64,000 nucleotides of DNA, taken from the NCBI GenBank assembly GCA_973895155.1, contig OZ316892.1, positions 25,009,233-25,073,232 of the forward strand, given 5' to 3'. Source of the DNA: Marsupella aquatica. Taxonomy: Eukaryota; Plantae; Marchantiophyta. The stretch's first letter is position 1, and every line of letters starts with the position of its first letter. Of this stretch, positions 36,901 to 50,327 are shown piece after piece. The position numbers and the translations under genes were made by a program. A model generated the notes under the pieces. The model did not search any database and had not been told where the DNA came from. It was given only the letters and a program-made list of their open reading frames with translations.

Positions 36901-39249
36901 CTTTTCTTAGGTCTCATGGTTGTTAGATCTTGTTTGCAGCTTTGGCACTTTTTGAATTAATTGGCCATCCAAGCATGTTAGAATTTTGAGATCCATTGGG
37001 CATCCTTTTTCAGTTCCCCTTGATTAGTCTATGATAAAAAGAATGCTCAAAAAAGGGGAGAAAATAATGCTCAGTTCGCCAACCCGTTCTTGTTCTGAAA
37101 GTTGCGGCACTCAATCCATGTTCTGCAACATATCACTTAAGGAGATAATTGTGCCTGAAATGCCTCATTTGCCAGACTCAATAGCTTTTTAAAGTGGGAG
37201 CGCCAAGGCCAAGGTGTGCAAACATTCCGGCCCTTGCATTCCCTACCTTTTGGAAAGCACCGACAAGCCCATTGTGTGCTCCTTTGCTCAAGTATTTATC
37301 CTGAAAATTGAGGGGGTTTTAAGGGCCAGCTAAATGAACATAGCTCTTGGAGCATGTCCAACCATTTAGGAGTGAATGGCTGCCAAAACCCAAAATGTAG
37401 CTCATCATTTTGGAGTCCTGTAAATTAGCATGGCCCCACCTTGGATTCAGTCACCAGGGTTCCCCTTTCTTTTGATCCCTATATATACTAGTCTCCTTGA
37501 TGGTGTCGCAAAGTGAAGTGTTAGCACTGCTCTATGAACAGTCCTCTTCTTTTTCCAATCTCCAAGTCCTGAAATTTGATCTCTAGTATGAGCACAATGC
37601 AATGCTCCTCCAAAGTAAAGGCCCTCTCCACTGGTCTAACCTCAGTAGCTCTTAACTGTGGTTAAACTAGGATCCAGTTAACTTAATCAAATACTAGAGT
37701 TAAGTACCAACACATAGACTCTATGTGTCTAAGTGCAGGCTCCTGGGAAGACACTCCAAACCTGCAAGCATCCACATTATGCCTTACTTCATAAATGCAG
37801 GGGAAATCATTTATATGTACTTCTCCATGCACTATACAATAAGTGCATATGAGAAAGTGTATGCACTTCATCACATACCTTGTAAGGCTATACGCGTCAG
37901 ACTCCACGTACTTGGACACTCACATTGAACAATTAAACTAAACAGAATAAGTGCATGAAACTACTGTATGTATAGATGTCGATTGCACTCATTAATAAAT
38001 ATGTTTAATGTATGTGAACATGTAATTTATAAATGCATGTGTATTCTCATAGATGAAAATACACTTCTGTATCATTTAGTGATGTCTCTATGCACGAACT
38101 GTACATTTTTGAGTTCATCTACAAAAGAAAGCTCCACAATGTTAGGGGACATGATTTACCTGCTGGTACCCATGGAATGCACTTACAAAGGTTAGATTCA
38201 CTCTAAAAGTTTGGGTAACGGCACAAGGAGGTGCTTAGAAGTCAGCAGAGGCGTACCACTGTCGCACCCTCACCGAGGAGATCCATGCCAGCATGGTGCT
38301 ACAGGCGGGATCCGAAAAGGGTGTCAGAGGCTACAGTTACACTGTCAGGCAGGCTGTGCCGTACTAGGACTACTGTACAATCTCACGGAACTGTACAGTC
38401 ATGCTGTACTGGGTGAGTGTAATGTCGCCTCGGTAGCACCGAATGGGCAACGTGTGGGCGAGAGTGTTCCACAATCCCACCGCGTATTATTTCCTTCCAT
38501 ATACTGTCGGCCCTAACAAACCGTCATGTCTCGGGAGTACGCGAGTTGATTTAAGAATTGGATATAAACTACGGTACGTCAGAGTGCCAGAATCTGCATT
38601 ACAAAATGCTAGTGATGTTAACGGACCCCATTAGAGGTCTCTTGTAAATTTACTGGCACGAGTACATGCCACTCAAACATAGACGAAGACAAAGAGTACA
38701 CAACTATTTCACGAGAAAAAAACAGTGCCCAAAATATTCACCAGCTTGGGAGGCCCAATCGCCGAGAAAAAAGAGGTGGAAGACAAATTGTCTTCCTAGT
38801 TAAACCAATACAACATTTTGGGACCACACACATCTTCATTTCTGGCTTTCTACAGTTGGGCTGCACTGCAATTCTTTAATGGTGCATTGATCTACACAAG
38901 TTAAGGGTCGATGGATCATATTGGGATAACACACATCTTCATTTCTGGTTTTCCACAGTTGCACTGGACCTAAATCCTCTAATGGCGCATTCATAGTCTG
39001 TGTCATAGATTGCAAGAGCAACAAGTCTCAGATATAGACAAGAAAGATGGACCTTTCTAATCGGGAAGCCATACCCACCGACCAAATGACGCACATTCCT
39101 CAGGTAGTGTTCATGTTCCCGACTCTCACTGTCTTGCACTGTGTGTTCATTCATTCATATCAGAGTGTGATTGTTTTGAGCTCTTGGTTGAGTGATATTT
39201 TTGTGGTGCTTGTGGAATTGGCGACTGTCTGTCCTTCTTTGCATGCCAA

Positions 39250-40100
39250 TGCCTTGCATCAGTCGCTCTGCTACTGTTGACACTGATGGCAACATCAGCC
39301 AAAGCAAGTGTAAGGTAACCTACGGTTTTGATGACGGCATCAGTCAGCTCACTGCAATGGCCCTTGAGCTAGTCTTGAGCATACCCATGTTCTCCAATTT
39401 GTGATAATACTCTGTAACTGCACTTGACTACAGCTAAAATGTCTCATGAAATCAGCTACTACAGTCAATACCCCAATACCCATCCACCAAATGCAGCCGC
39501 TGTTGGAATGTATTGATTTAGCTCCTTCTGCAAGTTTGATTCACGATGACTTGGCATCACCATTTGTTTTTCCTTCAGCTGCTTTGCTCCTTAATTGAAG
39601 ACCCAGACACTTCAATCCAGGTCTTTAAAAAAAAAAAAGGGCACATGCTGTCAACATAAAAGTGAAGTAGAACAAGACATGCAGAGGATTGGCTTCAATG
39701 TCTCCCAAACTGGTACTAGGAGGAGTGATTAATTACCAACACACATACTATTTCAACGCCGACAGAAGACCCAGACAAGTTCTTCCTTTGCGACATCCTT
39801 AGCTGAATACCCAAACAACTTTCAATCCATGCCTATATTTTCTGAATCCTGATCCTCGCATCACCTATTCAGGGAAAAACTTGCTGAAATCATCATGAAT
39901 ACTATGACTACCGCAAGGATTCGACAGATGCTCCAAAGATGCTAGCACTGAGTAACTGATTTCAACATTCCAGATAGATGTATGAACTCCGGTTAAAGGA
40001 AAAGAATACTTTGTACATGAATTTGTTTTGGTTGCAGAATCACACCACCAAGCCTGGACACTCCTTGATTCAACGAACGGGATTGTCAGATTGTTCCGCA
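39250..40100 (-). mobile_element. Possible hAT-type transposase C-terminal remnant
   Basis: Weak minus-strand fragments resembling LDPRFK, EL..Y and W..H..YP.L..A in the expected order. Very degenerate. Confidence 0.25.
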
Positions 40101-40199
40101 TCTACTAGAAACTATGCAAAGAAACAAGAGGGTCCACAGATTTATTTAAAGGTTCGTCCTAAGTATCATTAATGATAAGTAAACATAAGTAGCACCCAT

Positions 40200-40325
40200 A
40201 CCTATGCCTAACAAGGGCTCTTGGTACGAGACTGGCACGCCTGTATCTATTCACAAGCCTAACAAGGGCTCATAGTATTCAGATTCCCCATGCCTCTATT
40301 CACACGCCTAACAAGGGCTCCTAGT
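40200..40325. repeat. Short tandem repeat, three copies of a ~50-bp unit containing gcctaacaagggctc
   Basis: The motif occurs at ~40206, ~40257 and ~40306. Confidence 0.8.
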
Positions 40326-43020
40326 TAGTACCCATATTCCCATCCTTGCCTAGGTATTCACAAGCATAGGGTTACTTCCAAGTTGGTCTCCACTCGCGAA
40401 TATAGTCTAAATGTCAAACATTTATGTTACCTCATAAATTATGCACTATGGCGCCATTCCTTGAAGTAAGTCACGAAGGGTACAGATGGACCTCGAATTA
40501 TATATAGATGATGATGTTATAATAAATTAGAAATCACGTCCCCAGAACATCATTTTAAATACGAGATGCTCATTTCTTTGATATAGCAAAGTACAACTAG
40601 CTGGACAAATATAATAAGTGCGCCCACCTCCTACTGTAGGTATAAATAAGTGAGCAGGATAGCTACTGTAGCGCTCTTGAGCACATAAATCTTCTCCAGT
40701 GGGTTATTCAAACAAATAGCCTCATTTGCTTGGCTTCAGATAGGTGTACATATCTTTGTCTTGTCAGGGATTTGGCATTCCAAGAACTATGATTATTCCC
40801 TTCCAAATAAACAAAACTGTGGGACTTGAGATTGATTGAGGTATATAATATACCTCCCAAGAAATCTATATCACACTTTCAAAGAACAAAACGAGTCAAA
40901 CCTGGGACTTGAGATTGATTGAGATATAATGTCTATGTCCCTAAAATATATGTCACATTGTCAACCAAAGTCCAAAACACATACTTTGGGCCAGGGATTT
41001 TTTTGCAGCCCTTCAGATTTGAGACATCCCAATAAAGATAGTAAGCTAAGAAAATAACCCCAACCAAGACCAAAGAGCCAAAAAGCCCAAGATTAGCCCA
41101 CTATGACAAAGGAGCAAAAGCCATGCTGAGCACTAAACTGTAAGGCATGGTAAAACAAAGTCGCTCCAAATTTCATTCACTGAGCAAACTTCAGCAAACA
41201 TGAACTCTCCAACCTTCTTGACTTTCGGTGAGTGTTGCAATTTCGTCACCTTCCCTTCTGCCCCAGAGACCTGCTGTAGATCTTTCTAGCGACCACTCTG
41301 TTCCAAATATTCCTCCTCTGAAATCTGACAGCAAGCTCGTCCTTTAGTGTTAGAAAAGTCTGATCCAGGCACACATGCTTTTTGTGGCTCCCCAAAATTC
41401 ACCAGAATGCCAACCACATGCAAAATGTATGACCCACGCCAACACAACCTGCATGTAGCTCACCAAGAACAACGCGTTCCTACCAGTCAGGGTTCGAGTT
41501 TGGTGATCGTTTTGTGATGACAATTACTCAAGCTCTTGATATAATATCCATAACTTGACGAGGTCGACTTGTAAAGCGATCTGACAGACTTTTTCATGTC
41601 TGGCTGGTTTAAGAAAGCTCAGTTTGAGTTCAGGTGATTCTTACCCAAATGAAAATTACTACTATATATGTTAGAGACATAATTGTGCATGCTCCTTCCT
41701 TAAAAAATTTGACAAGTACAACAGCTAATCTCACCCGGTACGAAGCGTTGTATTATCTCCAAAAGAATACTCGAAAGTACTCACAATCTGGCACAAGATT
41801 CACATGCTGAGTGATCGAGTGTTGCAAATTTAATCATCTTAGAAACTGGTCCAGATGATTGTAGTTTGAATTTCCTAGGCATGCTCTTCATCCCTTCCGA
41901 CATTTTAAATTTGAATCCAAATCTGAGCAAATATTTATTTGTGCATGCATTCAATGCCTCAAAAGACGTGGACGTCAATTGGACATCGCTGCGCTGTTTG
42001 ATTGCCTAATCTCAATATCCATGAAGCAATATTTTACTACTGAAGGAACGAATCAATCAGTATACTTTGGTCTGTTCGTCTTCGATATCGGTTTTAAATG
42101 GAGCGCACGGAAGACTCATCATTGGCCCAGAGCCTGTGGGTCAGTCAAAACGTTTCTCCGTTCAATTTGTACTGCAAGGGCAAGAGAGTGTAAGAGCTAC
42201 TTTTTCCACGGGGGATTATTGTTTCCTGTAGAGTAGTGACGCCATTGTTGCACTGCGAAATTGTTCAGTTGTGGACGCCCGAGTCCTTTATATGCCGGTT
42301 TCGTCTTTCGAGAACGGAACGACCAGACTTGGAAACGTCAAGACTTGCAACAAACACTTCCGTGCCCTGGACCGGCAAATCACACTTATGCTCTATCATT
42401 CATGCCAAAACTCAGGGTACAAAGCTCTTCCCAGCAGTCATCTTTGCATATTGTTGTTGCGCAGTCAGTAGCTACGATCACGAAGGTGTCGCCCTCTGTG
42501 AGACAAGAATAAGCTAGTTAATTATTCCGCAGGCTCCCGGTGAATCAGTGTTCATGAACTCTATTGCTGAAGTCGCCTCCTCTAGGACGACATATAGATC
42601 AGAGCATGAAGTAATTGAGAACCGACCCATACTTGCTCGTGGGAAGAAACAGGTGGAAGAACGTGAAGGGCACTTAATTGGGCACTTAATTTTCTACGCT
42701 GTTCTGAAAAAAATTGCACTGAATTAGATTCCAAAACTATTCCACGAAAATTTCTGATAGATCATCTTCGAACCTGAAACCGCCTCCATAAGAAACAACG
42801 GTAGTTTCTGAAGTATAAAACCGGCACTTGTACTGTATTAGGTGCTCTCTGCTCTTTATGATCCGCATCACAACGCAAAGCCTTCTAAGCCTGGCAGTTT
42901 GTCTGCTTTACCCATCGACGAACGGCATACTAATTAATGTATAAGCACAAAACTTTTCATACTCGGCGAAAACTGATTGTATATGTTTGTGGAAGTTGTT
43001 TGAAATCTACAACAAGCTTC

Positions 43021-43226
43021 TCACTTCACGTGTTTAACTAACCAGTTGATCATATCTGATTGTGGGTCATCAGCAGGGTTCACAGATTTTTCATCATTTT
43101 CATCATACCGAACAGTGCAGCCGTCACTTCACGTGTTTAACGAACCAGTTGATCATATCTGATTGTGCTTCATAAGCAGGTTTTACGGATTTTTCATCAT
43201 TTTCATCATACCGAACAGTCCAGCCG
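43021..43226 (-). repeat. Tandem duplication of the last 103 nt of the hydrolase CDS into its 3' UTR
   Basis: 43021-43123 is a slightly diverged copy of 43124-43226. Confidence 0.9.
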
Positions 43227-46200
43227 TGGTCAACTCCAGGATATATTTTTGTAAAAACATCCACCTGCAAAATCAATCCAAATCCTTTCAATTATTGTGC
43301 ATTCATGCAGCAATGCAGCCAAGTGTGACTCAAAGTACCATTGAAACGGGACTAAGAAGCAAACTTTCTCTAAAAATAACACTACTACTGTCTCTTACGC
43401 TTTCTGCATTTGTTTGTTTGAACAATTATACAAATTAGGATATCTTTGTACGAAAAGCATCTACTCTACTCAGATATCATGAGCGTAAACTATATCCCAG
43501 CTGCTGTAACGAGTGAGACAAGATGGATATCCTGAATAACTTCTACTGTTGAAATACCTCATCCTTTGATTCCAATATCTTTTTCCACTGATCCACTTCT
43601 GAAACAGTCGTACGCTTGTCGAGTTCAGCTGCCAAGATAGCAACTGCTACCTTCACCTCTGTTGACATGCAGAGTAGAGACGGAATCAGTCACTCAGTTT
43701 GACTTAACGGTTTCTCAACATCATAAAATCGATACCGTAGTTGTGGAAGGAAACCAAAGAAAGTTACTCACGCTTAATGTCATCCAAAGTGACGAAAGTA
43801 GGATGTAGAAGGACTACAGCATCAGCTGTACCTGGACCTTCTTTAGCTACTACAGCAGCAACTTTCCCTGCGCAATTGCAAAAACCATTAATACACGAAT
43901 TCTCCTTGTAGCTGGAACAAAAGAATATCGACAAGCAAGGCGTATAGCATACTTTGCGAGAATCTCTACCTAGAATCTCTAAAAGGCGGCTCGATTCCGC
44001 GAATTGTTGTTCAATTAGCTTCCGGAGTCCTTTTTACTGCTTTTGAATCTAAAACATTGACCACTTCAGAGTCCTTCTATAGTATCCTAGAGATACTTGC
44101 AACCATTTTTGGGCAGAAGTTGTACATACATTCAGGAAAATTGCCAGTGTGACATTCTCTATGAAATTCGTGCCAATCCTTTAAACACCGTTCTAGATAA
44201 ATGCTCAGCAAAAGGTGGCTTAATTTTTTTCCTTCGCAATAGGCATTTTATCACATCTGCTGTGGTCAGGAGTGTAGGTCTGGCACAAGTGCACACGTGA
44301 ATTTCGGTGGTGACCGTACGGGTAGTGTCCAGTGAAGCAGCAGGGCGTCTGTCTGGTAAGGTCCTTTGCTCCTCTGGGCAACCTAACTATTAGGACGCTA
44401 TTCGTACTAAGGTGCTAAATTTGTGTTTGCTTGCGCATGGAGCAGTGAATGCTTGCCCGAGTGTAGTAGGTTTGTGCTGCAAACTTCCGGTGCTAAAAAA
44501 GTAGAGAAATGGTGTTGTCTGCGAGGGCCATGAAATTGGCACCCAACCAGTTCAACGTCCATCACAACCGTGTCAAAGTAGGGAGCGTAAACAGGTCGAA
44601 GATGAGATAACGTAATCATACGTTGCGTCTAATGATGATGCGAGCGAAGGGTCTACCGAGCCATATTAGAATAATCAGAAGACTTAACCTCACTGCAGGA
44701 CTACAGGAAAAGTAGAAACTACTATATTTGATGTTAGACAGGGTGGTCCAGAAAGAAAATACGTTACCTCCATAGCAAAATCCAGCAACACCAACTGACT
44801 TGATGCCTTTGTCCTTCAGTCCCTTGATGACGGTCAAAGTCTCTGCGATAACAGGATCCTGTTCACCAACAAAAACAGGTAATTACCATCATTCATGCCT
44901 TATCATTATTTTGGTTCTGACCCCACACTCCTGTCTGCCGAAGTTGGATTCTGATTTCTTCTTCATCCCTCATCTGACCAATATAAAAACAAGCCTGAAT
45001 ACTGCTACTGTCCAGTTTCTCCAACTCTGGGATAATTTTAAACCCTGAGGTATTTAGATGAGAGTTAGGAAAGAGGATACTCTGACGTGTCGCGCTAAAA
45101 ATAGGTTCCGAGGATGGAGAAGGGCCCTACAAAGGGATGATTTGAAAACCAAGTGCTGCGATCGGTAGCATATCTAGGATGATCGATTGGATCCCCCTTA
45201 AAGTAGTCTGGAACAACAGCAACAAATCCTGCAGCTGCAATCTTATCCGCAAGCGTCCTGAGGATCCACAGAAAAACTATTTCAAATACCTAGACGTCAT
45301 AAGATTACAAGAACTACGTTTGAAACTCTGCATACCTACCGCCTGCCTGTCCTCCTGTAACTTCGTGCGTGAACCAATTTGAACGAGAAGTAAAATCGAA
45401 ACAATAATATCCCCCCATTAAACAGTGATCAACGGGAACGATACTAAAAAAATCACTTCCGTTCACTGAGAGGGTTATAATTTTGCATCCCCGTATACGC
45501 GCACTGCATTGCCTAAGCATCAGAGAGCGACTTATAGGATGCCTGCTGTTGGAGAAAAACGTTTACCCTCTTCTGCCACAATGTCTCTTAAAATCTCCAA
45601 AGGGGTGCCTTAGCCTAGATTGTGACGAGATAGTTCACCGGTAATCAAAACATTGCGTCTCTTGTGAGCACTATCGCTGACGTGGATGCGAGGGTGGATG
45701 AGCAAAACAGGCACTCTTACCTCAGTAGAGGCTTTTTCCATCCTGCCACGAAACACCAGATAATATGATCAGAATATAAAAATGTCGCAGATTTCTATGA
45801 TTCATTCCACCTTCAAGTCCAACGTTGCAAAATTCAGGTTCTTGGTGTAAAAACGTTTCATTAGAGGAGTGGAATGTGGAAGCTGTGATACGACGATACA
45901 AGCTGACTCATAATGAAATTCAGAATATTGCAGAATTGTTAATCATCTGTGTCACCATCGATTCACAAAAAGTGATGACAAGACGTGTTGATCAAGCACT
46001 TTCATCTGGAAATGATGTACGACTGCCGTCGAGTTCATCTGTGTGACAAACTATGCATCGTAGCTTTATCTGCGAGCAAAGTTGCTGGTGCGGATCATCT
46101 CTAGATTAATTGATTGAAACAAGAGAGAGCGAAGGGATTAAGGGAAGGACGAAGATGGGCTGACACGAGAACTTTTCCGGTGATCTGGGCGGGTATGGGC

Positions 46201-46446
46201 TGACATCTTCCCGTAAAGTAAATTCATCCAATGTCTTTCTTCACAAACACGAATGGGAAGGAGTTCATGAAAGTGAGACAGGGAGTGGGAGTTACCAAAG
46301 ACATCCGTAACCAAGACTACGGCCTTGGTGGCATGGGCTGGCCAGTTGAAGTAGACATCCAACCCCCAGCGTTTCTCCTCATACCCGCCAGAGCTATACT
46401 CCCCGGCAGCTGGTCCAGGATCGCAGCATTCCTTGTTCAGCTCCAT
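43124..46446 (-). CDS. Dienelactone hydrolase family protein (alpha/beta hydrolase; plant 'endo-1,3;1,4-beta-D-glucanase-like'), 7 exons, 242 aa
   Basis: Exons 46296-46446, 45721-45742, 45131-45257, 44768-44858, 43772-43867, 43558-43658 and 43124-43264 are all GT-AG and sum to 729 nt in frame. Motifs: CCDP, VTDVFG, LADKIAAAGF..VVPDYF, GFCYGG (nucleophile Cys), AAELD and HGWTVRY. Confidence 0.93.
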
Positions 46447-46769
46447 TCACCGCGAGCTTGCACAAACCAGGACCTCCTCGTCCGTGTCGTTCGCAGCGCT
46501 GATGTTCCAGCTTCTGTTGGCTTACCAAACCCGGCTCGTCAATGTCTTCTCGTGCTGGTCGTAATTTTTCTATTTCCAGCTTCTCTGCTCAATTTCCGTG
46601 CACTCGAAGCCACCGACAAATGTCTGTCTTCCTCTGTCTTCGTCTCTCGTCTACCGGTGCTCTCTTCTCGTGGCACTCTTCGCATTTCTCCTGGGCCTCG
46701 AAGCTTCGCCGTTTCGTTCGAGTCTGGTCATAATGATCCCTTTCGCCGAGTTTGATAGCCTCCAAAGTT

Positions 46770-47021
46770 CTCGAACCTCGTATGAATCTAGAAATGATTG
46801 TATATCAATAAATCAATAAAGTCCTGACGTCCTGACCCATGTAAATTTGGACATGATTGAATATTTTTAAAGTCCTAACCCCATATGAGTTTGGATGGTT
46901 GTGTATTAGTAAGTCCTGACCCCAATTGAATTTGGAACGATTGTATACTAGTAAGTACTGACCCCATAGGAATCTGGAGACGCTTGTATTTTAGTAAGAT
47001 TGTATATTAGTAAGTCCTGAC
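46770..47021. repeat. ~43-bp tandem repeat (gtatattagtaagtcctgacccc...) interrupted by the LTR element and resuming at 50328-50370
   Basis: Units lie at ~46800, 46858, 46900, 46942 and 47000. The right flank continues ctgaccccataggaatctggaga. Confidence 0.8.
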
Positions 47022-50000
47022 TCTTGAGGAATGATGCGGGAAATGATAATGTTCCTCTCTATAGAATGAATGGGTGCATCTCTATATATAGTTTTCGTCC
47101 GAGTTATCCTATACGGTAACTATGGTTAAGGTAACCATGGAGTCTAGTTAGGGTATAACACTCCCCCTTGGCTATATAGTGATAACTATGTAGACAAAAA
47201 GTCTTCTAACTAGATTATCATGCTTATAAACATGGCATGATTTGAGTACAAATGAGGAAGGTACTGCCTCGTTAAAACCTTCAACAACTCTAAAAAACTC
47301 TATCAGGGTAACAGAGAAAAAAAAAATCTCGGCTCTAAAGGAAAAAGAGTACAGCCCTGTCGGTCCTCAAGTGAATCCGGTGGTATGTGGAGTTAACAGC
47401 AACAACTCCACTCCGTCAAAATGAACAAGTTGTCATATGCTCAACGACTCAACAACAACGCGACATGTCTCCAAATCGCTCACCATCACGCATACATCCG
47501 CACATACATCCTCGCATCGAATACAAATTAAAACATATATGAAAAAATGATTAGTAATTAAGTTATTATCATAAAATCACTTGTCCGTGGCTCATCTGCG
47601 CAAAGTGTAAAGTATAATAATAAATAATGTCATCTCGTGCAACTGAGTGCGTAAAGTGTGGGATGTAAAAAGTCCAAAAAATATGATCTCCCCCTCAAAA
47701 CAAGGTTTCGAGGAATATATTATTCTCGTAAAACTCAAATATCGAAACTCTCCCTTAGAGTTCAAGGACTCCTAATTAGATTCTTAAATAGAGGGTTCTT
47801 GTGCAAAATGCACAATTCGCAAGCGTGTGTAGTCGACACACAAAGAAATCTCTCAATCTTAGATTTCAAAAACATGTAGTAGCAAATAGTTTTTATGTGA
47901 AAAATAATCTGCAGCACCAAAGGGTGTGCATTCACAACACCAGCGGGTGTGTGTATAATATGGCACGTCTGCCCTGCACGTCTGCAGTTCTCATATTTTG
48001 ACAAAAAGTGTCAAGTCAATATAACTTCACAAATAACCCTGTGGAATCCGAACATTCAGTTGAACGTCCATGTGTGTCATAGCACAGAAAAATGCTAGCT
48101 CAAAGTGATTCGCTATCTAAATATTCGCAGTTAAACCCCTAAAGGGTTATTGATTATCCGCTTTTGGATATGGCCGGAAACTAAGGTCATGGAACTAACC
48201 TGAAGTACTGTACCTTAGATTATTCTGGATCTTTCGTGAGAAACATATCTGCCATCGATCACTGGGTCTCAGAAAATCTATACCTTACCAAAATACCTCA
48301 AAAACTAGGTCATAGAGCATGGTTAAAGGTATGGTATTAGTTCCGTACTTAAAAACTATCATCCCACCGAACAATGGCTATAAAAGTTCTCGTTTGAGTT
48401 GTTTATGGTGTAAAGACCATGAGGATAAGACCCTTAAGTAAGATATTGTCCTAATGTAGGGTGTAAATGGGTGTAAAACCATGTCAATCGGTGTAAAAGT
48501 TGTAAATGGTCAATTTACACACAAAAAGTGTATGGACCAAAGTTTACTCCCCCTGATGGTGTAAATTGGTGTAAACCAGTGTAAATGCTATAAGAAAGTG
48601 TAATCTGGTGTAACCAGTGTAAACAAGTATAAACCCAATGTAAAGCATGGGATTATACAATGGTAAGACATACACCAGTGTAAACTGGTGTCATGAGGTA
48701 TAATCTAGGATGGTATCATTAGGTGTAAACTAGGGGTGTAAAATGGTGTAAAAACCATTTTGTGATTGAAATGGGTGTAATAATCACTTTGTAAATGGAA
48801 AGTAGAGGTATTTGGTATAAAACCATTATTTCCAATGTGGAAAGTCAAGTAAGGGTGTTATGACATGTAAATATGTCAAATGCATGTAAAGCATGTGTTG
48901 CACATGTAAGGCATGTTAATGTATGCAAATTCAACAAGTGACATGTAATTTCCCTAAACCAGTTGATGTGTTTACATGTATAAACTGTGTAAATTGCGGT
49001 GTAAATTTGCAATGTGCATTTATCATTTCCCATTTCATTTGTTTATCCATAAGTGCAAAACATCCGTTGTCAACAAGATTTTCTTTGTTAATATGTGCAT
49101 ATATGGATAGTTTTTCAAAAATGAAGATTTTGCACTGAAACACATGGGATTCTCTTGTCTTTGGATAAGTGCACCCAAGCATTTGTATTTCAGAAACTCT
49201 TTACTATACTGTGCATTTAATGAGGGTTGCACTTATCTGGTGTTCGAGTTTTTCTCGAGGATTTTGAGATCGAATGTTGCATGTTTAAGTCACTCATGTG
49301 TGTCTCTTGAAATCTCACTTGTCGCTTTGGCTCATTCTTTGATTGCAATCAGTTTCTCAGGCTCATACTTGGACAAGCACAACATTCCATATTTAGGATT
49401 CAGAAAATGCTATCAGATCTAGACCCCACAACGATGACTCGTTTCTTTCGCTGGATGCCATCTCCCGTACGTTCACAACCAAAGCCAAGATGTTCTTCCT
49501 GCATGACATTTGCTTCTATCTTCTCCAATTTGATACGATTGTATCAAATGGCTCTTATTGGAATCTTCATTGAATCAGCAAACGACCAATTCAACATCCA
49601 TGTTTGGCCTCTTGTAATGCCTGTACTTCACTCGATCGTGTGTAATGGGTATTTCCTTTCATCCTTTATGGCTCGCAGATCGACCGACAAGAAACTGTCA
49701 GCGGTTGAGAAACATTGTGAAATTCAGGGAAAGAGAAGGCACCTGCGTTCGTCCTTTATGAGTTTAGGGTTTTGAAATTTTTTTTTATGATCCCGATCGG
49801 GTCCTGATTTGCTCTCGATCCACCCGGCTTCATTCAAGGCTGTCTCTGTTTGGCTTCCGGTCTATGCTCTTCTCTTTCTGCCTCTTGTTAAGGTTGTCAA
49901 CTCATCGCCTCGAGTGATTTAGGTTGATCTAGCTTGGTTGGGTAGAAGGAAGCAGCGCGGCTGAACTCGATCTCTCTTGCCTCATCCTGTCGATGCTACA

Positions 50001-50327
50001 TCCTGTCGTTGCTTCAACATGACTCATGTTCTCTTGGTGGTTCAAACTACTAGTCTTCTCACTCCCAATTCAATTCTCTTCCATAACTTGGAAATCCTTA
50101 AGAGAACATTTATTCATCATAGCCATAGGGAAATTCCTAAAAAAAATTCATGATCAAGCTCAGCTGGTCTAGAGTCGTGCTGATAACGTGTTAAGGAATG
50201 ATGCGGGAAATGATAATGTTCCTCTCTATAGAATGAATGGGTGCATCTCTATATATAGTCTCCGTCCGAGTTATCCTATACGGTAACTATGGTTAAGGTA
50301 ACCATGGAGTCTAGTTAGGGTATAACA
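47022..50327 (-). mobile_element. Non-autonomous Ty1/Copia LTR retrotransposon, Bianca-like, 3,306 bp
   Basis: 139-bp LTRs at 47022-47160 and 50189-50327 with 4 mismatches. The 5-bp TSD CTGAC lies at 47017-47021 and 50328-50332. The PPT (minus strand aagggggag) is at 47161-47169, and a half-tRNA-Ile PBS is at 50157-50188. Decayed gag ('KDERRCLLFPEF.NVS', compare RDEW..LRFQDF..V) and RNase H remnants are present. Confidence 0.92.
48400..49010. repeat. (GG)TGTAAA-rich simple repeat tract inside the LTR element
   Basis: More than 15 copies of tgtaaa, gtgtaa and related motifs lie between the gag and RT/RNase H remnants. Confidence 0.75.

Noticed and set aside
35800-37500. Possible LINE fragments
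   Set aside because: Only vague motif resemblance; boundaries and strand cannot be supported.
46770-47021. Regularly spaced short repeats resembling a CRISPR array
   Set aside because: The context is eukaryotic, the spacers are homologous to one another and there are no cas genes. It is a minisatellite.
50157-50188. tRNA-Ile gene or pseudogene
   Set aside because: Only the 5' half is present and it abuts an LTR, so it is the primer-binding site.
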